The notes beneath the pieces are model-generated. The model did not search any database, was not told the origin of the DNA, and saw nothing but the letters and a program-made list of their open reading frames with translations. A stretch of 64,000 bases of DNA from Planctomycetota bacterium. GTDB lineage: Bacteria > Planctomycetota > Phycisphaerae > SM23-33. The translations under genes were made by a program, and so were the position numbers. The stretch spans positions 5,594 to 69,593 of the forward strand of contig JAAAOJ010000062.1 in assembly GCA_009908915.1 (NCBI GenBank), given 5' to 3'. This document shows, piece by piece, positions 18,004-28,303 of the stretch (positions are counted from its first letter, which is position 1; the number at the start of each line of letters is the position of its first letter).

Positions 18004-19752
18004 ATGACGCTTGCACAACTCAACATTCATCACCTGCCGATCCTGCTGATCGTCGGCTTTGCGCTGTTCGCCGGTGGGCTGGGAGCCCGACTGTTCCAGC
18101 GGCTGCGTATCCCGCAGGTGGTCGGGTACATCATCATTGGCGTGATCCTCGGCCGCAGCGGCTTCGGCCTGGTCAGCGACGAGGCCATCGCGCAGATGCG
18201 GCTGTTCAACCTCGTCGCCCTGGGGATGATCGGTTTCATGATCGGCGGCGAGTTGCGACTGGACGTCTTCCGGCGGCACGGGCGACGGTTGATGACGATT
18301 CTGCTGGCCGAGGGCCTCTCGGCGTTCGTGCTGGTCAGCCCGCTGACCTTCGGCGTGACGTTCCTGTTCACGCGCGACCTCGCCGTCTCGTCGGCGCTGG
18401 GCATCGTGCTGGGTGCCATCTCCTCGGCGACCGCGCCGGCGGCGACCGTCGACGTGCTGTGGGAGTACAAGACGCGCGGACCGGTCACGACGGCCGTCTT
18501 CGCCATCGTGGCCCTGGACGACGGCCTGGCGCTGGTCCTGTACGGCATGGCCAGCAGCGTCGCCGGGCTGCTCATCGGCAGCAACGGCGGGCGGAGCCTG
18601 GCCGAGTCGCTGGGCTGGACGGCGTGGGAACTCCTCGGGGCGGTGCTGCTGGGCGTGATTGGCGGGTTTGTGCTCAACAGCGTCCTCCGCCTGGCCCGCG
18701 ACCACGACAAGGCCCTGACGTTCATTCTCGGAGCGCTCGTAGTCGTTCTCGGCGTGGCAATGGCGGCCGCGCTGGACGTCATTCTCGCCGCGATGGCGTT
18801 GGGCATGACGGTGGTGAACCTGGCACCGCGCCGCACGCGTGAGACGTTCAACATCGTCGAGCGGTTCGCACCGCCAATCTACGTGCTGTTCTTCGTGATC
18901 GTCGGCGCACGCCTGTCGGTGGGCGACATGAAGGGCTGGATGTGGGCGCTGGCGGCGGCCTACGTGCTGGGGCGGACGGGCGGGAAGATGCTGGGGGCGT
19001 ATCTCGGCGCGCGATGGGCCGGCGCCGCCGAGACGCTACGGCAGTACCTCGGCCTGTGCCTCTTCAGCCAGGCCGGCGTCGCCATCGGTCTGGCGATCAT
19101 GGCCTCTGAAACCTTCCCGCCGGCTATCGGCAATGCCGTGGCACTGATCGTCACGGCCACAACGTTCCTCGTGCAGCTCGTCGGGCCGCCGTGCGTGAAG
19201 GTCGCTGTCAGCCGGGCCGGCGAGGTCGGCATGAATGTCACCCGCGAGAACCTCGTCAAACTCTACAACGTCGGCAACGTGATGAGCCGCGAGCCCGTCT
19301 GCATCACCGAGAACGCACCGTACCATAACGTCTGCCTCAAGGTCCGCGAAACCGACGCGACGGTCTACCCGGTCGTCGACGCCGAACAGCGTCTGCTCGG
19401 CGTAGTCACCGTCGACGGCCTTAAGGCCAGCCTCGGCCGCGACGGGATGGCCGACCTGGTGGTGGCCTCTGACCTCATGCAGCCGGTGGACGACACCGTC
19501 GCCGCCGATACGCCGCTCGCCAATGCGATGCAGCGCATGAGCGAGCGCGAACTGGACTATCTCGCCGTCATTGAACCGACCGACGACGGACCGCCGCGAC
19601 TGCTCGGTCTGCTGGAACGTCGGGCGGCCGACCGCTTTCTCAGCCGCGAGCTTCTGCGGCGCGAAGAGGCCGCCGTCGACCAGGAACAGTCGCAACTGCT
19701 CCGCGACGCCATCCGCCGCAAGTCCGGCCGAAAGCCCAGGGCGCCGAGCTGA
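18004..19752 (+). CDS. cation:proton antiporter (CPA family) with C-terminal CBS-pair domain
   Basis: About 11 TM helices plus tandem CBS domains (VMSREPVCI...VYPVVD / LMQPVDDTV...LDYLAVIE). Start at MTLAQLN (ATG 18004). Confidence 0.8.
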   Translation: MTLAQLNIHHLPILLIVGFALFAGGLGARLFQRLRIPQVVGYIIIGVILGRSGFGLVSDEAIAQMRLFNLVALGMIGFMIGGELRLDVFRRHGRRLMTILLAEGLSAFVLVSPLTFGVTFLFTRDLAVSSALGIVLGAISSATAPAATVDVLWEYKTRGPVTTAVFAIVALDDGLALVLYGMASSVAGLLIGSNGGRSLAESLGWTAWELLGAVLLGVIGGFVLNSVLRLARDHDKALTFILGALVVVLGVAMAAALDVILAAMALGMTVVNLAPRRTRETFNIVERFAPPIYVLFFVIVGARLSVGDMKGWMWALAAAYVLGRTGGKMLGAYLGARWAGAAETLRQYLGLCLFSQAGVAIGLAIMASETFPPAIGNAVALIVTATTFLVQLVGPPCVKVAVSRAGEVGMNVTRENLVKLYNVGNVMSREPVCITENAPYHNVCLKVRETDATVYPVVDAEQRLLGVVTVDGLKASLGRDGMADLVVASDLMQPVDDTVAADTPLANAMQRMSERELDYLAVIEPTDDGPPRLLGLLERRAADRFLSRELLRREEAAVDQEQSQLLRDAIRRKSGRKPRAPS

Positions 19753-19895
19753 TCGCTCTGAGTCGCAGCGGCCGACGCGCCGATATGCCTTCGGCTTGAC
19801 AGCAGGGGGCAAAAAGCCAACTATATGTCTGTATCTGCGGCGGCGTCCGGGCAACGCGCACCGGCCGACCGCCACGCTGACCCACGAGGCCACCC

Positions 19896-21245
19896 ATGCA
19901 TCGATACCTGCTGCTGTTGCTGTTGTGTGGTACCGTCTGTCTTGCCGTGCCCGCAGCGGCACAGGACGGCGAGCCGCCCATCGAGCCGCCCACACCCGTC
20001 GAACCTATCGCTGGCGAGCCGGCTCCCCCGGACCCCGCGCCGTCCGACGCGGAGCTCGCCCGCACGGCCGGCCGCGCCGAGGCCATCGCGAAACTCGCCG
20101 TGGCGATGAAGGATCTGCAACTCGGCGATATTGGCACGCTGGATATGCTGGTGGGCGATGCCTGGCCGATGCTGCTGGCAGCGATGGCCGTCGACCCCAT
20201 CACCCAGCCCGCCGACGCCGACGGGGCCGTCACCGTCGTAGCCGACCGGTCGGCCGTGCTGCGATGGCTGCAGGCCGCCAAAGCGTGCGATGCCGCGACG
20301 AAGGACCTCGCAGCCGCGTCACTGGAGGACCTGACGCTCGACGAGCCACTCAGCGTGTCGGTTACCGCCAAGGTCCCCGGGGCCTTGACGTTGAGCCCGC
20401 TGATAACGGATCCGAACGCGAAGGTTCCCGAGCCGCCGCTGTGGAAGAAGCACGTGGTAGGGCAGGGGCGTCTGCTCGCCGAGCGGGCCGCTCGCGCCGA
20501 TGCCATGAAACGCCTGGCCGAACGGTTGCGGGACATCGCCGTGAACGACACGCTTCGCGTCCAGGACTTCATCGCCAACAGCGACCAGCCGGACGTCGAC
20601 CCGCAGCGATTCCTCCGTGGCGCGAAGACGCTCGGCCTGCGGTGCCGCGAGGATGCCCTGGTTGTTGAGGTCGTCGTGCAGGGCTCGCGGCGGGCCATGC
20701 TCGCCAGCCTGACCGGCTGGGCCGACGCTCACTACAAGGGCGAGGCGAAGGACCTGATGGCGCTGCGAGCGTCGGTGGAGCAGGGCGAGGAACGACTGTT
20801 CCACGAGACCGGCACGGCCATGCCGCCGCGATCGTCGCTGCGCGGACTTGATCCGGAGACCATTGTCCGACTCGGCGCGGTGACGGGCGAGGCCGTGCCC
20901 GCGTGGGCAACGCTGCAGTATTGTACCGAGGCAGCCGCGGTCGACCCGGCCGCCGGGATTCTCGACCGGGCGATACTGGCTGATTGCATCGGCCAAGCCT
21001 GGAACACCCATACGGACAACGACACGCCACTGAGCAGGTTGGCCCTGGATCGCCCCGCGGTCGGCAAGGCGCTGATACTGGCGGCCCTGATGCGGCAGCA
21101 GGAGTCGCGCAGCGGCGACGACAGTCGCACCGTCCGGGCCTCGGCCGTCATGCCGATGCAGCCGGCCTGGCGACTGATCGCGGCCTACGTTCTCAGCAAT
21201 GGGCCGCTGCCGGGCATGACCGCCGTAGACCAAGCGAAGCCGTGA
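19896..21245 (+). CDS. secreted hypothetical protein (Pro-rich N-terminal linker)
   Basis: Signal peptide MHRYLLLLLLCGTVCLAVPAAAQ followed by a Pro/Glu-rich linker. No recognised catalytic motif. Confidence 0.5.
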   Translation: MHRYLLLLLLCGTVCLAVPAAAQDGEPPIEPPTPVEPIAGEPAPPDPAPSDAELARTAGRAEAIAKLAVAMKDLQLGDIGTLDMLVGDAWPMLLAAMAVDPITQPADADGAVTVVADRSAVLRWLQAAKACDAATKDLAAASLEDLTLDEPLSVSVTAKVPGALTLSPLITDPNAKVPEPPLWKKHVVGQGRLLAERAARADAMKRLAERLRDIAVNDTLRVQDFIANSDQPDVDPQRFLRGAKTLGLRCREDALVVEVVVQGSRRAMLASLTGWADAHYKGEAKDLMALRASVEQGEERLFHETGTAMPPRSSLRGLDPETIVRLGAVTGEAVPAWATLQYCTEAAAVDPAAGILDRAILADCIGQAWNTHTDNDTPLSRLALDRPAVGKALILAALMRQQESRSGDDSRTVRASAVMPMQPAWRLIAAYVLSNGPLPGMTAVDQAKP

Positions 21246-21348
21246 TGGCACCGAAGGGCGCTTTGCAAGCGGCAAACGCGTCATAGGATCGGGCGTGCAG
21301 CCAGGCGACGGGCAGGCAGGCGGGAGGCTACACGCCGCAGAGCCGGCG

Positions 21349-22716
21349 TCAGTCCGAGGGCTGAACGGTGTCGCTCGCGCGCCTGCCGCTGGGCGTACGA
21401 GCCGGGGCCTCGGGCAACGGAGGCTTCTGGGCGGGGTCGCGGAACAGCAGCACGTTGTCCCAGAGGTACTCGCCCGGCGGCCAGTAGCTGTAGATCTGGA
21501 TCTGCAGAAATTCCACGTCTTCGGGCAGGCCGCCACGGGGGGGGAAGGGTGCCGCGAAGTGCTCCCACTCGCCATGCGTCACCCGACAGGCGAGGTACCA
21601 CCGATAGCACTCGCGAACGTACCGCATCGGATGCTTTTCGGTATCGGCGGCGATGAGTTCCTTGCGGCGTTCGACCGGCAGTGCGGCGAATGTCCGGGGC
21701 GTCAGGTCCAGCTCGGCAAGCGAACTGTCCGGCAGGCCATCGTGGGCATGCAACGTGCGTTTGAAACCCTTGACGAACACCTTGGGGAAGAACACGCTCT
21801 CGGGATTCGACCTCGCCGTCGACGGGCAGCAGTCGGCGAGCAGCCAGTAGCGGCTCCCCGGCTCGGCCGGGATCCAGTCGCTGCGGTAGTGTACGCCTTC
21901 CAGGGCGGCAACGCTGCCGTAGCTGGTATCGCGGGCGACGTCTGGCGGATTGGCGGTGTCGGACTGACCCGCGCGGAGGGCCTTGCGATACGCCAGCCAG
22001 GGCTCTCGCTGGAGGTCGGTTCGCACACGCAGGATTCGGCCTCGCCCCTCGGGGCCGTCGACGATGAACGTGCTGAGGTTGTCCGGCGCGTCCCAGCCTT
22101 TCGCGCCGGCCTCGAACGTGCCGTTGACGTGGAGGGCCTCGCCGAGCTGCTTGCGCGTCGGCTCGGGTTCGTCGCCGTACTCGGGCGGCTTCCAGGCGGC
22201 CTGGCCGGTGACGGCCTCGACGATGCCGGTTGCGATGACCGCGCGGGATCGTTCGGTGTCGTCGGTGAAGACCTTCCGCCACATCGGCGTCTCGCTGCCT
22301 TGGCGGAGATCGATGCAGATGATGTCCGCACGGACATCGCCGTCGAGAGTCTGCACTGTGCCGAACAGACCTACGTCGCAGGCAAGCGTCTCGCCGAGCA
22401 GTCTGCGCACGGTGGCCGGGTCGGTCTCCGCAGCGACAGGCCCGGACGCCTCGGCGGTGCTGAGACGGTCGAGCACGTCCCACTGCTTGCCCTGCTTGCG
22501 CAGTTTCAGGCGCACGCTGTCTGCCAGTTGCACGCCGCAGGGTCGACCCTTCAGGGCCGTCGCGTTGCCCGCCTCTTTGCCCGCGGTGGCAAAGTCAAAG
22601 ACCGCGACGAAGACCTTCTGGGCGGGCTTTTCGGTCGTTATCGACTCGGCTGCGCGGGCACAGGTGACGGACGCCGCGATCACAGCCAGAACGCACAGCC
22701 GACTCGCAAGCAACAT
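21349..22716 (-). CDS. secreted hypothetical protein
   Basis: Start chosen at MLLASRLCVLAVIAASVTCARA (CAT 22714-22716). The 90 upstream codons are rejected. Trp/Tyr-rich C-terminus. Confidence 0.5.
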   Translation of the reverse strand: MLLASRLCVLAVIAASVTCARAAESITTEKPAQKVFVAVFDFATAGKEAGNATALKGRPCGVQLADSVRLKLRKQGKQWDVLDRLSTAEASGPVAAETDPATVRRLLGETLACDVGLFGTVQTLDGDVRADIICIDLRQGSETPMWRKVFTDDTERSRAVIATGIVEAVTGQAAWKPPEYGDEPEPTRKQLGEALHVNGTFEAGAKGWDAPDNLSTFIVDGPEGRGRILRVRTDLQREPWLAYRKALRAGQSDTANPPDVARDTSYGSVAALEGVHYRSDWIPAEPGSRYWLLADCCPSTARSNPESVFFPKVFVKGFKRTLHAHDGLPDSSLAELDLTPRTFAALPVERRKELIAADTEKHPMRYVRECYRWYLACRVTHGEWEHFAAPFPPRGGLPEDVEFLQIQIYSYWPPGEYLWDNVLLFRDPAQKPPLPEAPARTPSGRRASDTVQPSD

Positions 22717-22892
22717 GCCTGCATGCCGGCAGGCACGTTGTTCTCTGCGCGAATGCCGGGCTCGGATGGCGATACGATCCCATAGGGCACGTGACGTGTT
22801 ACGTCCCATCTCTTCCGCGCTGGCGTAGATAGTGATGTGAGGCAGCATGCTGCCATTATAGCCGCACCAGGCGGGCATTGCCGGCGATGTTT

Positions 22893-23948
22893 TCAGGCAT
22901 GCAGGGCAACCTGACGCTTGAAGAAGTCTTCGAGAACGATGGCGGTCATGGCCTCGACGACGGGAACGATGCGCGGACAGATACACGGGTCGTGTCGGCC
23001 TTCCGTGCGGATGGTCGTCTCCGCGCCGTCGACGGTAGCGGTCTGCTGCTCGACGCTGACGCTGCTGGTCGGCTTGACGGCCAGGCGGAACAGGAGGGGC
23101 TCGCCCGTGGAGATACCGCCGATGACGCCACCGGCATGGTTTGTAGCGAAGCCGTCGGCGCGCATCGCGTCGTTGTGCTCGCTGCCCCGCATGTTGGCTG
23201 CATCGAAGCCCATCCCGAACTCCACGCCCTTAACCGCGCCGACGGAGAGGATGGCCTTGGCCAGTTGGGCATCGAGCTTGTCGAAGACCGGCTCGCCGAG
23301 GCCGGCGGGCAATCCGACGGTAACGCATTCGACGATGCCGCCGGCACTGTCGCCCGCGTCGCGAAGCTCGGACACGCGCCGGGCCATCTCCCCGGCCGCC
23401 TGCAGGTCGCACGCCCGCATGGGGTTCTGCTCGATGACGTCGGTGTCGACCGACTCGCACGTCACACCGGCGGCGGCCCGCGTGTAGGCGAAAATGCTCA
23501 CGCCGCGACGGGCCAGCAGCTTCTTGGCCACGGCGCCGGCGGCGACGCGACCGGCGGTCTCGCGGCCGCTGGCGCGCCCGCTGCCGCGCCAGTCTCGCAG
23601 GCCGTACTTCCTGAGGTACGTGAAGTCGGCGTGGCCGGGACGGAACTTGTTTTTGATGTCGTCGTAGGCGCCGGGTCGCGCGTCGCGGTTGTGCAGCAGC
23701 ATGAGGATCGGCGTGCCGGTCGTCTTGCCCTCGAACACGCCCGATCGCAGCGAGACCTCGTCGGCCTCCTGGCGCGGGGTGGTCAGGTCGCTCTGGCCGG
23801 GCTTGCGGCGGTCGAGGTCCTTCTGGACGTCGGCCTCGCACAGATCGACGCCCGGCGTGACGCCGTCGACGACCACGCCCACGCCGCCCCCATGCGACTC
23901 GCCGAAGGTAGTGATCCGAAATTCCGTGCCGAATGTGCTGCCTGCCAT
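22893..23948 (-). CDS. aroC: chorismate synthase
   Basis: MAGSTFG...TTFGESHG N-terminus, plus GRxSxRET and RHDPC motifs. Start CAT at 23946-23948. Confidence 0.9.
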   Translation of the reverse strand: MAGSTFGTEFRITTFGESHGGGVGVVVDGVTPGVDLCEADVQKDLDRRKPGQSDLTTPRQEADEVSLRSGVFEGKTTGTPILMLLHNRDARPGAYDDIKNKFRPGHADFTYLRKYGLRDWRGSGRASGRETAGRVAAGAVAKKLLARRGVSIFAYTRAAAGVTCESVDTDVIEQNPMRACDLQAAGEMARRVSELRDAGDSAGGIVECVTVGLPAGLGEPVFDKLDAQLAKAILSVGAVKGVEFGMGFDAANMRGSEHNDAMRADGFATNHAGGVIGGISTGEPLLFRLAVKPTSSVSVEQQTATVDGAETTIRTEGRHDPCICPRIVPVVEAMTAIVLEDFFKRQVALHA

Positions 23949-24091
23949 GTCTGTCTCCTCGGGCGACATCGTAGCGACTTCCCGCCGCCATGCCAAGTCA
24001 CCACCGGTGCGGATGCCGCTGCGGGGAGACGCATACTGGCGAAGCCCCCGCTCGACCACTACAATACTCGCCTGCACGAGAAGGAGATACC

Positions 24092-25057
24092 ATGGACGTC
24101 TATCCACTGACATTTGTGCCCATCTATAAAGAGAAGATCTGGGGCGGCCGCAACCTCCAGCGCCTCTTCGACCGCGATCTGCCGCCACAGGTCCCCATCG
24201 GCGAGAGCTGGGAACTGGCCGATCTCCATGAGGGCGTGAGCATCGTGGCCAACGGCCCGACCGAGGGACGAACGCTCACCGACGTGACGGCCGAACTCGG
24301 TGAGACGCTGCTGGGCCGCAGCCGGCCCATGCCGAACGGCCGCTTCCCGCTGCTGCTGAAGATTCTCGACGCCACGGATATTCTCTCGCTGCAGGTACAT
24401 CCCGATGACGCCGTCGCCAAACGCATCCCGGACGCCGATCCGAAAACCGAGTGCTGGTACATTCTCGAAAGCCGCGACGGATACATCTACAAGGGCATGG
24501 ACGGCGAGGTCTCACCGGAGGCGTTTCGCAAGGCCATCGAAAGCGACAGCGTCGCGCAGTATGTCCGGCGGATCGACCTGCAGGACGGCGACTTCCACTT
24601 CCTGCCGGCCGGCACGGTTCACGCGATCGGTCCGGGCCTGGTGATTGCCGAGGTTCAGACGCCGAGCGATACGACCTACCGCGTGACCGACTGGGGCCGC
24701 GGCCGCGAGATCCACGTCGAGCGGTCGATGGAATGCATCCACTTCGAGCCGGCGTCGGACGAAGCGCCGGGCGCCGATGGCGAGACGCTGCTGGTGACGG
24801 ACTATTTCACCGTTGCCAAGCGAACGGCTGGGGCGAATACGTGCATTCGGCTTCCCGGGGACCACTGCAGCGTGGTGATGTTCCTGGAGGCCGACGGCGT
24901 GACGATCTGCCACGACGGCGAGGTTGAGCCGCACGTATCAGCCCGGGCGGGCGATACCGTCCTGTTGCCGGCCGCATTGAGCGGCGCGCGTCTCTCGACG
25001 ACCGGCGGGGCAAGCTGGCTTGAGATCACGCTTGCGGAGACGGGGGCAATGGAATAG
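24092..25057 (+). CDS. manA: mannose-6-phosphate isomerase, class I
   Basis: YPL.F.PIYKEKIWGG and QVHPDD cupin metal-site motifs. AAGGAG ribosome-binding site upstream of ATG 24092. Confidence 0.85.
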   Translation: MDVYPLTFVPIYKEKIWGGRNLQRLFDRDLPPQVPIGESWELADLHEGVSIVANGPTEGRTLTDVTAELGETLLGRSRPMPNGRFPLLLKILDATDILSLQVHPDDAVAKRIPDADPKTECWYILESRDGYIYKGMDGEVSPEAFRKAIESDSVAQYVRRIDLQDGDFHFLPAGTVHAIGPGLVIAEVQTPSDTTYRVTDWGRGREIHVERSMECIHFEPASDEAPGADGETLLVTDYFTVAKRTAGANTCIRLPGDHCSVVMFLEADGVTICHDGEVEPHVSARAGDTVLLPAALSGARLSTTGGASWLEITLAETGAME

Positions 25058-25060
25058 GCG

Positions 25061-25831
25061 ATGGCCAAACGACGAGACAGGACATCGCGTGGCGGCGGGC
25101 AGGGCGGGAAAGCACGCATACAGAAGGTCCTCGCCCATGCCGGCGTTGCCTCGCGCCGGACCATCGAGGCAATGGTCGAGCAGGGGCGCGTGCGCGTCAA
25201 CGGCAAGGTGATGACGGACCTGCCGATCTTCGTCGACCTCAAGACGGACGACATTCGCGTGGACGCTCGGCGCATCCGGCAGCGCGGGGAAACACCGGCG
25301 TACTACCTGCTGAACAAGCCGCGCGGCGTGGTGAGTACCACCAGCGACCCCACGGGCCGGCCGACGGTGGTCGACCTGCTCGGCGACGTGCCGCAGCGCG
25401 TCTATTGCGTCGGACGACTGGATACGGAAAGCACCGGCCTGATCCTGCTGACCAACGACGGCGATCTGACGCAGCATCTGACGCATCCCAGCCACGAGGT
25501 GCCCAAGACATACGTCGTCAACGTGCAGAGCAAAGTCGACGGCCCGGCCATCGCACGGATGAAGCAGGGCCTGCACATCGACGGCAAACGGACGCGCGGC
25601 GCGGGCGTGAAGGTCCTTCGCCGCGGCACAACCAGTACGCTGCTGGAAGTCACGCTGCGGGAAGGGCGGAACCGCGAAATCCGCCGTCTGCTGGCGCGGC
25701 TGGGCTTCAAGGTCCGGCGGCTGAGGCGGACGGCTATCGGGCCGATCACCGACCGCGGGCTGAAGACCGGCAAGGCCCGGCACCTGTCGCCGCGCGAAGT
25801 GGACATGCTCCGCGATGCCGGCCGGGACTGA
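25061..25831 (+). CDS. rluB: pseudouridine synthase (RsuA/RluB family) with S4 domain
   Basis: S4 RNA-binding motif (RIQKVLAHAGVASRR) and the catalytic VGRLDxxSTGLILLTNDG motif. Confidence 0.85.
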   Translation: MAKRRDRTSRGGGQGGKARIQKVLAHAGVASRRTIEAMVEQGRVRVNGKVMTDLPIFVDLKTDDIRVDARRIRQRGETPAYYLLNKPRGVVSTTSDPTGRPTVVDLLGDVPQRVYCVGRLDTESTGLILLTNDGDLTQHLTHPSHEVPKTYVVNVQSKVDGPAIARMKQGLHIDGKRTRGAGVKVLRRGTTSTLLEVTLREGRNREIRRLLARLGFKVRRLRRTAIGPITDRGLKTGKARHLSPREVDMLRDAGRD

Positions 25832-25873
25832 ATACGAAGACACGAATCACACACAAGGACTCTGGAGACTGAT

Positions 25874-27337
25874 ATGCATCATTTTCTTGCACTGGACCTC
25901 GGGGCCGAGAGCGGCCGCGGCATGATCGTAACGCTGGACGGCGGAACGATGACGGAGGAGGAAATCCACCGTTTCCCCAACCGGACGGTGCCCATGGCCG
26001 GCACGCTGCACTGGGATTTTCCCGGTCTGATGGCCGAGATCCACGAGGCGATCCGCATCTGTGCGCATCGGGGCATTGAGCTGACGTCAATTGGCGTGGA
26101 CACCTGGGGCGTCGACTTCGGCCTGCTGGGCGCCGATGGCAAACTGCTGGGCAACCCGGTGTGCTATCGCGATACCCGCACGGTGGGCATCCACGCTTAC
26201 GCCGATGCAAAGCTCGACCGCAGGGAGATTTTCAAGCTTACGGCCTATGAACCGTGGCCGATCGCGTCGCTGTTCCAATTGCTGGCGATGCAGCGCGACG
26301 GCTCGCCGATTCTACCGGTGGCCCAGGGTTTTCTGAATATGCCGGACCTGATCAACTACTTCCTTACCGGCGAACAGCGGTCGGACAAGGCCATCGCCAA
26401 CACGACCAACGTCATGGACATCGACGGCCACTGGTCGCGACGGATTATCAACGCATGCGGCCTGCCGGATATGTTTGTGGACCTCGTCGAGCCGGCGACG
26501 GTGATGGGTACGTTGTCGAAAGAGGTGCAGGATGAGACGGGCCTGTTTGTGGACGTGCCGGTCGTCGCGGCCTGCGGGCACGATACGTCAGCGGCGATGG
26601 TGGCCGTTCCGGCCCAGCCCGACACGCGATGGGCCTTCCTGAGCTGCGGGACATGGAGCATTCCGGGCATGCTCATTGACTCACCGATTACGACCGACCG
26701 CGTGCTGGAGCTGAGCTTCACCAACGAGTACACCGTCGAGGGCTGGTACGTCGCCCAGAATATTATCGGCCTGTGGCTCGTCCAGCAGCTGCGACGCAAA
26801 TGGAACACGCCGGAAGCGCCGCTGGATTACGCCCAGATGACGGCCAAAGCCGCCGAGGCCGGCCAAGGCCCGATCATCAACGCCGCGGACGATTCGCTGA
26901 TGGCGCCGGCGGACATGGAGGCGGCGTTGCTGGCGCTGGTCAAGCAGGGCGGCCAGGTCGAGCCGGCCGGTCGAGGTGAGCTGGTTTACGGCGTGCTGCA
27001 GAGCCTAGCGCTGCAATACAACGTGGCGATCAACGCCATGGAAGAACTCACCGGCGAGCGGCCCGAGGCGCTGTACATGGTCGGCGGCGGCACCCGCAAC
27101 ACGTTGCTGTGTCAGTTGACGGCCGACGCGTGTGGCATGCCGGTTCAAACCGGCGTCGAGGAATGCACCTCGCTGGGCAACGCCTGCTGCCAGGCACTGG
27201 CCACGGGCGTGCTGAGAAGCGTCGAGGAGGCCCGCGAGGTTATGCGGAACAGCTACGACGTCCGTTCGTTCGAGCCGAAAGACCAGGACGCCTGGGCCAA
27301 GCGACGCGAGACCTACGCCGGCTTGCAGCAGGGATAG
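25874..27337 (+). CDS. FGGY-family sugar kinase, rhamnulokinase-like
   Basis: LDLGAESGRG N-terminal motif, GVDTWGVDF, and the FGGY C-terminal GGG motif (MVGGGTRN). Confidence 0.8.
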   Translation: MHHFLALDLGAESGRGMIVTLDGGTMTEEEIHRFPNRTVPMAGTLHWDFPGLMAEIHEAIRICAHRGIELTSIGVDTWGVDFGLLGADGKLLGNPVCYRDTRTVGIHAYADAKLDRREIFKLTAYEPWPIASLFQLLAMQRDGSPILPVAQGFLNMPDLINYFLTGEQRSDKAIANTTNVMDIDGHWSRRIINACGLPDMFVDLVEPATVMGTLSKEVQDETGLFVDVPVVAACGHDTSAAMVAVPAQPDTRWAFLSCGTWSIPGMLIDSPITTDRVLELSFTNEYTVEGWYVAQNIIGLWLVQQLRRKWNTPEAPLDYAQMTAKAAEAGQGPIINAADDSLMAPADMEAALLALVKQGGQVEPAGRGELVYGVLQSLALQYNVAINAMEELTGERPEALYMVGGGTRNTLLCQLTADACGMPVQTGVEECTSLGNACCQALATGVLRSVEEAREVMRNSYDVRSFEPKDQDAWAKRRETYAGLQQG

Positions 27338-27380
27338 CTGTCGAAACGGGCTGATGGGTCCGACGCGTTTGGCGAACGCG

Positions 27381-27420
27381 CAAAAAAGATCGCCCACCGG
27401 CGCCGAAACGCCGATGGGCG
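27381..27420 (-). terminator. minus-strand intrinsic terminator (hairpin then U-run)
   Basis: Plus strand reads AAAAAAG + CGCCCACCGGCG-ccgaaa-CGCCGATGGGCG (11 of 12 bp stem). On the minus strand this is a hairpin followed by a U-run. Confidence 0.45.
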
Positions 27421-27535
27421 TGCTCTGCTCTCTGCTCGTCGGCAAAGAGAACGAAACGGTTGCTCAGACCGCCTCGCAGGGGAAAGTTCCGGCAAGTGCT
27501 CAGTTTACCGGTGTGCTCAAAGAGGCTTGTTGCGG
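27420..27535. repeat. ~115-bp direct repeat, copy 1
   Basis: Near-identical to 27942-28054. The two copies differ by clustered substitutions and a 2-nt indel, so the repeat is not coding-conserved. Confidence 0.85.
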
Positions 27536-27941
27536 TGAGTTGCCCGGCGATGTGGCGGCCCCGCCGGCCGGAGCGACCGGCGGGACCTCCCGTGTTTTCG
27601 CTTCTGTCGGCAAGCAAGACGGTGGCCGGCCATCAGCGGGCCCGGCCTCGCCCGTCGGAGCACAATGTCGAGCATGCTCCAGCGGACTCACCTGTAAACA
27701 ATCTGGGCGAGGTTCACCGCCAAGGCATCCGGCCCGTCGGAAAGGGATGGCGGGCCGGTGCCTCGGTTCGGCTCTCTCTCGTCAGGCCCCGGGGCTGCGA
27801 ACATCCGGGTAGGATCGCGCCGCGAGGCGGCGTCGGCCACGGCTCAATGCGGCCGACTCATTCATCTTGAAGGCGGTGGTTGTAAAGGTTGTGCGGGCGT
27901 TAGGCCCGGCGGAATGAGCTTCCACCGGGCCTGTGCCCGTT

Positions 27942-28054
27942 TGCTCTGCTCTCTGCTCGTCGGCAAAGAGAACGAAACGGTTGCTCAGACCGCTTCGGGG
28001 GAGAGTTCCGGCAAGTGCTCAGTTTACCGGTGTGCTCAAAGAGGTTCGTTGTGG
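27942..28054. repeat. ~115-bp direct repeat, copy 2
   Basis: See copy 1. The copies are spaced 522 bp apart within a 966-bp convergent intergenic region. Confidence 0.85.
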
Positions 28055-28303
28055 CAGCGGTCAGCGGGCGGACCCGGCCGCCGGGTCGGGGTGACTCGGC
28101 GGCTCGGGCCTCGCTGATCTATATGGATCGCGTGTGGCTCGCGGGCGCGGCCCGCTGTGGCCGGGGCTGCCCGGCGGGGCGTTCGCTGCCTGATGCGAGG
28201 GCAACGCGTCTGCTGCGTGCGTCGAGGTCGCTATCCGGTTGTGACGGCCGTCCGCTGCAGGCCCTTTCGGCCTGGACGTTTCGTGGCGTCTGCGCTGGTT
28301 GCC

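Noticed and set aside
17896-19995. Minus-strand ORFs of 269, 274 and 319 aa
   Set aside because: They are antisense to the cation/proton antiporter gene.
20319-22785. ORFs of 418 aa (minus), 400 aa (minus) and 496 aa (plus)
   Set aside because: They overlap the two secreted-protein genes on the opposite strand or in another frame, and their translations are low-complexity.
22878-24188. 410-aa plus-strand ORF and the upstream extension of aroC
   Set aside because: The plus-strand ORF is antisense to aroC. The 80 codons upstream of MAGSTFG in the aroC frame are not AroC-like.
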